NCBI RefSeq assembly: GCF_964204645.1
Contig: NC_134033.1
Coordinates: 4,054,231 to 4,118,230 of the forward strand
Direction of reading: 5' to 3'
DNA from: Tubulanus polymorphus
Lineage: Eukaryota > Animalia > Nemertea
Length of the DNA stretch: 64,000 nt
This document shows positions 61,901 through 64,000 of the stretch, piece by piece (the first letter of the stretch is position 1; every line of letters starts with the position of its first letter). The position numbers and the translations under genes were made by a program. The notes beneath the pieces are model-generated. The model did not search any database. It was given only the letters and a program-made list of their open reading frames with translations, and was not told where the DNA came from.

Positions 61901-64000
61901 GCTTCAAGTGGCGTAAGTTTACGGGCGTAGCCATCGGCGATGTAAGCTGCGAGTGTCTGCTTATATGCTTCTGCTTTCGCCGGGTCACGAATCAAGGACT
62001 TCTCGGTCGTTTCTAATCGGCGGTAGGCCATAGGGCGATTATTCGGTAACTGCACGTCGTCGTTCTTCCACAGTAGGCTCGTCTCGTATCTGTCACCGAG
62101 ACATCTCGTTCTCTCTCGCAGGATCTTATCGGCTCTGATATCTTCTCGGGATTCGGCTACGGGCTTGTCGTACTTCGTTCCGAAAGACTCCGTTGACCAC
62201 CATGCATCAAGCGTCTCGTGGATATTATCGGTCGACTTCCCGAGGCACAATACGTTTCTTTCAGTCGTCTGTTCGGTATTCGCCATATTGCCGGTAACGG
62301 ACCAGCCAAAATCGGTTCTTACGGCAATCGGTCGGCCGGGCCCTGCTGTTCTGACTTCGTGCTGGATGATGGCTTCGATGACGTTGGCTCCCAGCAGAAC
62401 TTCTACTTGCCCGGATGACGTTTCTGGTATACAAATGTCACTGAAGTAGTTTTCGATTATCGTTTTCTTTATCTTCGGCATCGAAACGTTCAATCTGGGT
62501 ACAGCCCACGCCTCGTTGACTTCTATGACGTTTTTGACGGCTTCGGGTCCGAGCGGTTTGATTTTCATCTTGAATTTAAGCGTCTTGTACCGTTCACCGT
62601 CATTTTCGACATTGCTCAACTTCAGAAATTTTCTCTCGCCGCTGATACCGAGTCGATCAACAAGTCTGCTACAGCACAGTGACGTTTGTGCGCCTGAGTC
62701 GAGTAGCGCATAGGTATCTTGGTGCTGACCTCCGTCGCCATAAAGTCTGACTGGAACGACTTGCAGTATGGCGTTTGACACGTTATGCTTCTGGCGGCTA
62801 GTAGTGTTGATTTCGGCTTCAGTCTCGTAGTATTCTTGGTTGTTGACGGATGATTCATCTGATAGACACACTGCAGCGACTTCTCTCTTCGGGTACACTC
62901 GTTGACTCCCGTGTAGCAGGGGGTGATGTTTCCCCTTGCAGTTTGGCTGGGTACATGTTTTCTTGCCAGGACAGAATCTCACACGATGACCTTCTCCCAA
63001 GCAGCAGAAACATCTCTTTGACTCTGCAATGTACGCTGATCTCTCGTTGACAGACTTCAGCTTAAACGTTCGACATACAGCGAGCTTATGGTCTTCGTTG
63101 CAGAGTGGACATTTAGCTTGATTCTGGGTCGTGAACATCGATCTAGTATTCGGTCGTGGTCGGTCGAAACTTCGAGTTTCTCTTGTTTCAGTCCGCGTGG
63201 CTGGACAGTTCAATGATATCTTCACTTGCTGCGTCAACCATCTACTCAAGTCAGACAGGTTTGGGCGGCGTGGTTCAATCTCAAATACTTTCTTGCCCCA
63301 TTCACGGTTGAGTTCTGGCGGTAGCTTCATTACGATTCGGCGAAGATTCTCTACGCTTGCTAGGTCACCCTGATAGCCGAGATTCTCAAGGGTCGTCACG
63401 GCACAGTGAAGGCTAGCTTGAAATCTTTCGAGCGGTCCTGCATCACAATTCTTCAGCGGGGGCTGTGTGAAAACTTTCTTGAGGCACGCTTTCACGACGT
63501 CTTCTTCTCGGCCGAATCTTTCTTCGAGTGATCTCAGAGCTTGGTGATATAGTCGACCTTCGTACATCATACCGGCAATCGTCTGCTGTGCGACACCGGT
63601 CACGGCTGACTGCAAGTGCGTGATTTTCTCTGTGTTTGTAAGATCTGGTTGGTCGTCGATCAGCGCCTTAAACAAACCATACCATTTCGGCCAATCGCTT
63701 GGATCACCGTCAAACTTGTGCAAATGTATCTTCGGTACGGACTTTGAGAATAGATGGTTCGATCTTCTGCTTTGATTGGTTGGTTGGTTTCGGTTCGGCT
63801 GATATTCGGGTTGATACGACATGGACCAGTCAGGCGGCGGTATAACGGGCTGCATCGGCGGCAGAGTTCTATCGGGCTGTGACATCGGCAGGATTCTATC
63901 GGGCTGCGACATCGGCATGATTCTATCGGTCTGCGACATCGGCAGGATTCTATCGGGCTGCGACATCGGCAGGATTCTATCGGGCTGCGACATCGGCAGG
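58924..64000 (-). CDS. BEL/Pao Gag-Pol polyprotein (gag, three Zn knuckles, protease, RT, RNase H, integrase)
   Basis: FDGDPSDW gag; CPLCNEDHKLAVC, CFCCLGEGHRVRFC and CKGKHHPLLH; ALLDSGAQTS; WYLPHHAV, RVVFDA and YMDD; HVFCDAS; GIDYFGP, SDNGTNF and GGVWERLV. At least 1689 aa without a stop. Confidence 0.97.
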   Translation of the reverse strand, partial: LPMSQPDRILPMSQPDRILPMSQTDRIMPMSQPDRILPMSQPDRTLPPMQPVIPPPDWSMSYQPEYQPNRNQPTNQSRRSNHLFSKSVPKIHLHKFDGDPSDWPKWYGLFKALIDDQPDLTNTEKITHLQSAVTGVAQQTIAGMMYEGRLYHQALRSLEERFGREEDVVKACLKKVFTQPPLKNCDAGPLERFQASLHCAVTTLENLGYQGDLASVENLRRIVMKLPPELNREWGKKVFEIEPRRPNLSDLSRWLTQQVKISLNCPATRTETRETRSFDRPRPNTRSMFTTQNQAKCPLCNEDHKLAVCRTFKLKSVNERSAYIAESKRCFCCLGEGHRVRFCPGKKTCTQPNCKGKHHPLLHGSQRVYPKREVAAVCLSDESSVNNQEYYETEAEINTTSRQKHNVSNAILQVVPVRLYGDGGQHQDTYALLDSGAQTSLCCSRLVDRLGISGERKFLKLSNVENDGERYKTLKFKMKIKPLGPEAVKNVIEVNEAWAVPRLNVSMPKIKKTIIENYFSDICIPETSSGQVEVLLGANVIEAIIQHEVRTAGPGRPIAVRTDFGWSVTGNMANTEQTTERNVLCLGKSTDNIHETLDAWWSTESFGTKYDKPVAESREDIRADKILRERTRCLGDRYETSLLWKNDDVQLPNNRPMAYRRLETTEKSLIRDPAKAEAYKQTLAAYIADGYARKLTPLEAASNQKKRWYLPHHAVVNPNKKKIRVVFDAAATYQGVSLNNQLITGPDLLQSLPGILLRFREEPIAITADIEQMYHQVKVREEDRPALSFLWRDLDTTRPPDVYEMQVTIFGARCSPAMANYVLGKTAEDNESEVDAETAAAIRKHFYMDDFLKSENSTAKAIQRAKDVTMLVKRGGFRLTKWTSNSREVLQALPPSEVSCQSIDLMADQLPAERTLEVIWDPESDTIGFKVREAMTPATKRGVLSKVSSVFDPFGIAAPFTVKAKILMQRLWCQKLDWNDELTGGDLENWQIWLEELIKLEMLKIPRCYRAPDVPSTGRQLHVFCDASDKAFGAVAYLRTQHADGNVRVAFVMSRCRVAPLKKLSIVRLEMQAAVLAVRLADTIRKEISYVIDETIFWSDSEIVLKYIANETKRFHIFIANRVAEIHDFSHPNQWRHIPGSLNPADIVSRGATVTELKSSVWLEGPEFLKLDDTNWPKSKLVDSMLQDDPEVKKVNTLSVAEVSTTLPDPARWSSWMKYKRVVATVVRAKSILMKRDVANTEPLKVSELEEAEMLIFKAAQEAAYGEEIADLRSHRPISRTSKILPLTPKLDENGVLRVGGRLKNAPIAEAAKHPILLPKNHEVTRLIIHHYHHQMFHGGLAVTMNEIRQKFWIPECRSTVKKLVRRCAYCIKRRAKPQPPIMADLPAARFDTASPFSSVGIDYFGPLQVRKFRKTEKRYGLLVTCLATRAVHLEVAYSLDTDSFIMALRRFIARRGKPKRIYSDNGTNFTGGEKELRDQLAKLNQTKIADATSQDHIQWYFNPPAASHMGGVWERLVQSVKRNLKVVLGKQIVTDEVLHTVFTEVEAVVNSRPLTYVNSSHDEPEAITPSHFLLGKTNPNLPPGVFDADDLNARKRWRQAQALTNQYWARWTREYLPTLVQRTKWKTANRDLQIDDVVLLADDNLPRGQWPLGRIINVHPGSDGHVRSVELKTTSGVYRRPATKVCRLDA
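63860..64000 (-). repeat. 27-bp in-frame tandem repeat (MSQPDRILP)n in gag
   Basis: Seen directly; it runs off the window edge. Confidence 0.9.

Larger units (their letters stand above)
58112..64000 (-). mobile_element. BEL/Pao LTR retrotransposon (5' end outside the window)
   Basis: 3' LTR, PPT and an uninterrupted gag-pol ORF. Confidence 0.95.

Overview
AT-rich eukaryotic genomic DNA from an invertebrate animal (GT-AG introns, SINEs, LINEs, MITEs, microsatellites); no prokaryotic features. From 20 to 58 kb is a minus-strand tandem array of five copies of a very large GRL101-like/LGR-type GPCR gene. The three ORFs per copy splice in phase into one protein of about 1950 aa: signal peptide, CUB/CUB-like domains, C-type lectin domains, about 7 LDLa repeats, LRRs and a rhodopsin-type 7TM. 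Only copy 3 (43049-36798) is intact. The others are broken by a Gypsy-type LTR element, a 139-bp deletion, a 1-bp homopolymer frameshift or an intact BEL/Pao retrotransposon. The ectodomains show patchy hypervariability while the 7TM is nearly invariant. At 13-16 kb, largely missed by the ORF track, three phase-compatible minus-strand exons encode the C-terminal part of an expansin-like protein (end of DPBB plus CBM63, EXLX1/YoaJ type); its 5' exons were not found. The spacers hold a multi-copy, apparently non-coding spliced unit, copied fragments of the receptor's own TM3-TM4 sequence, LINE relics and several MITEs. All family assignments are by-eye motif recognition; no database searches were run.
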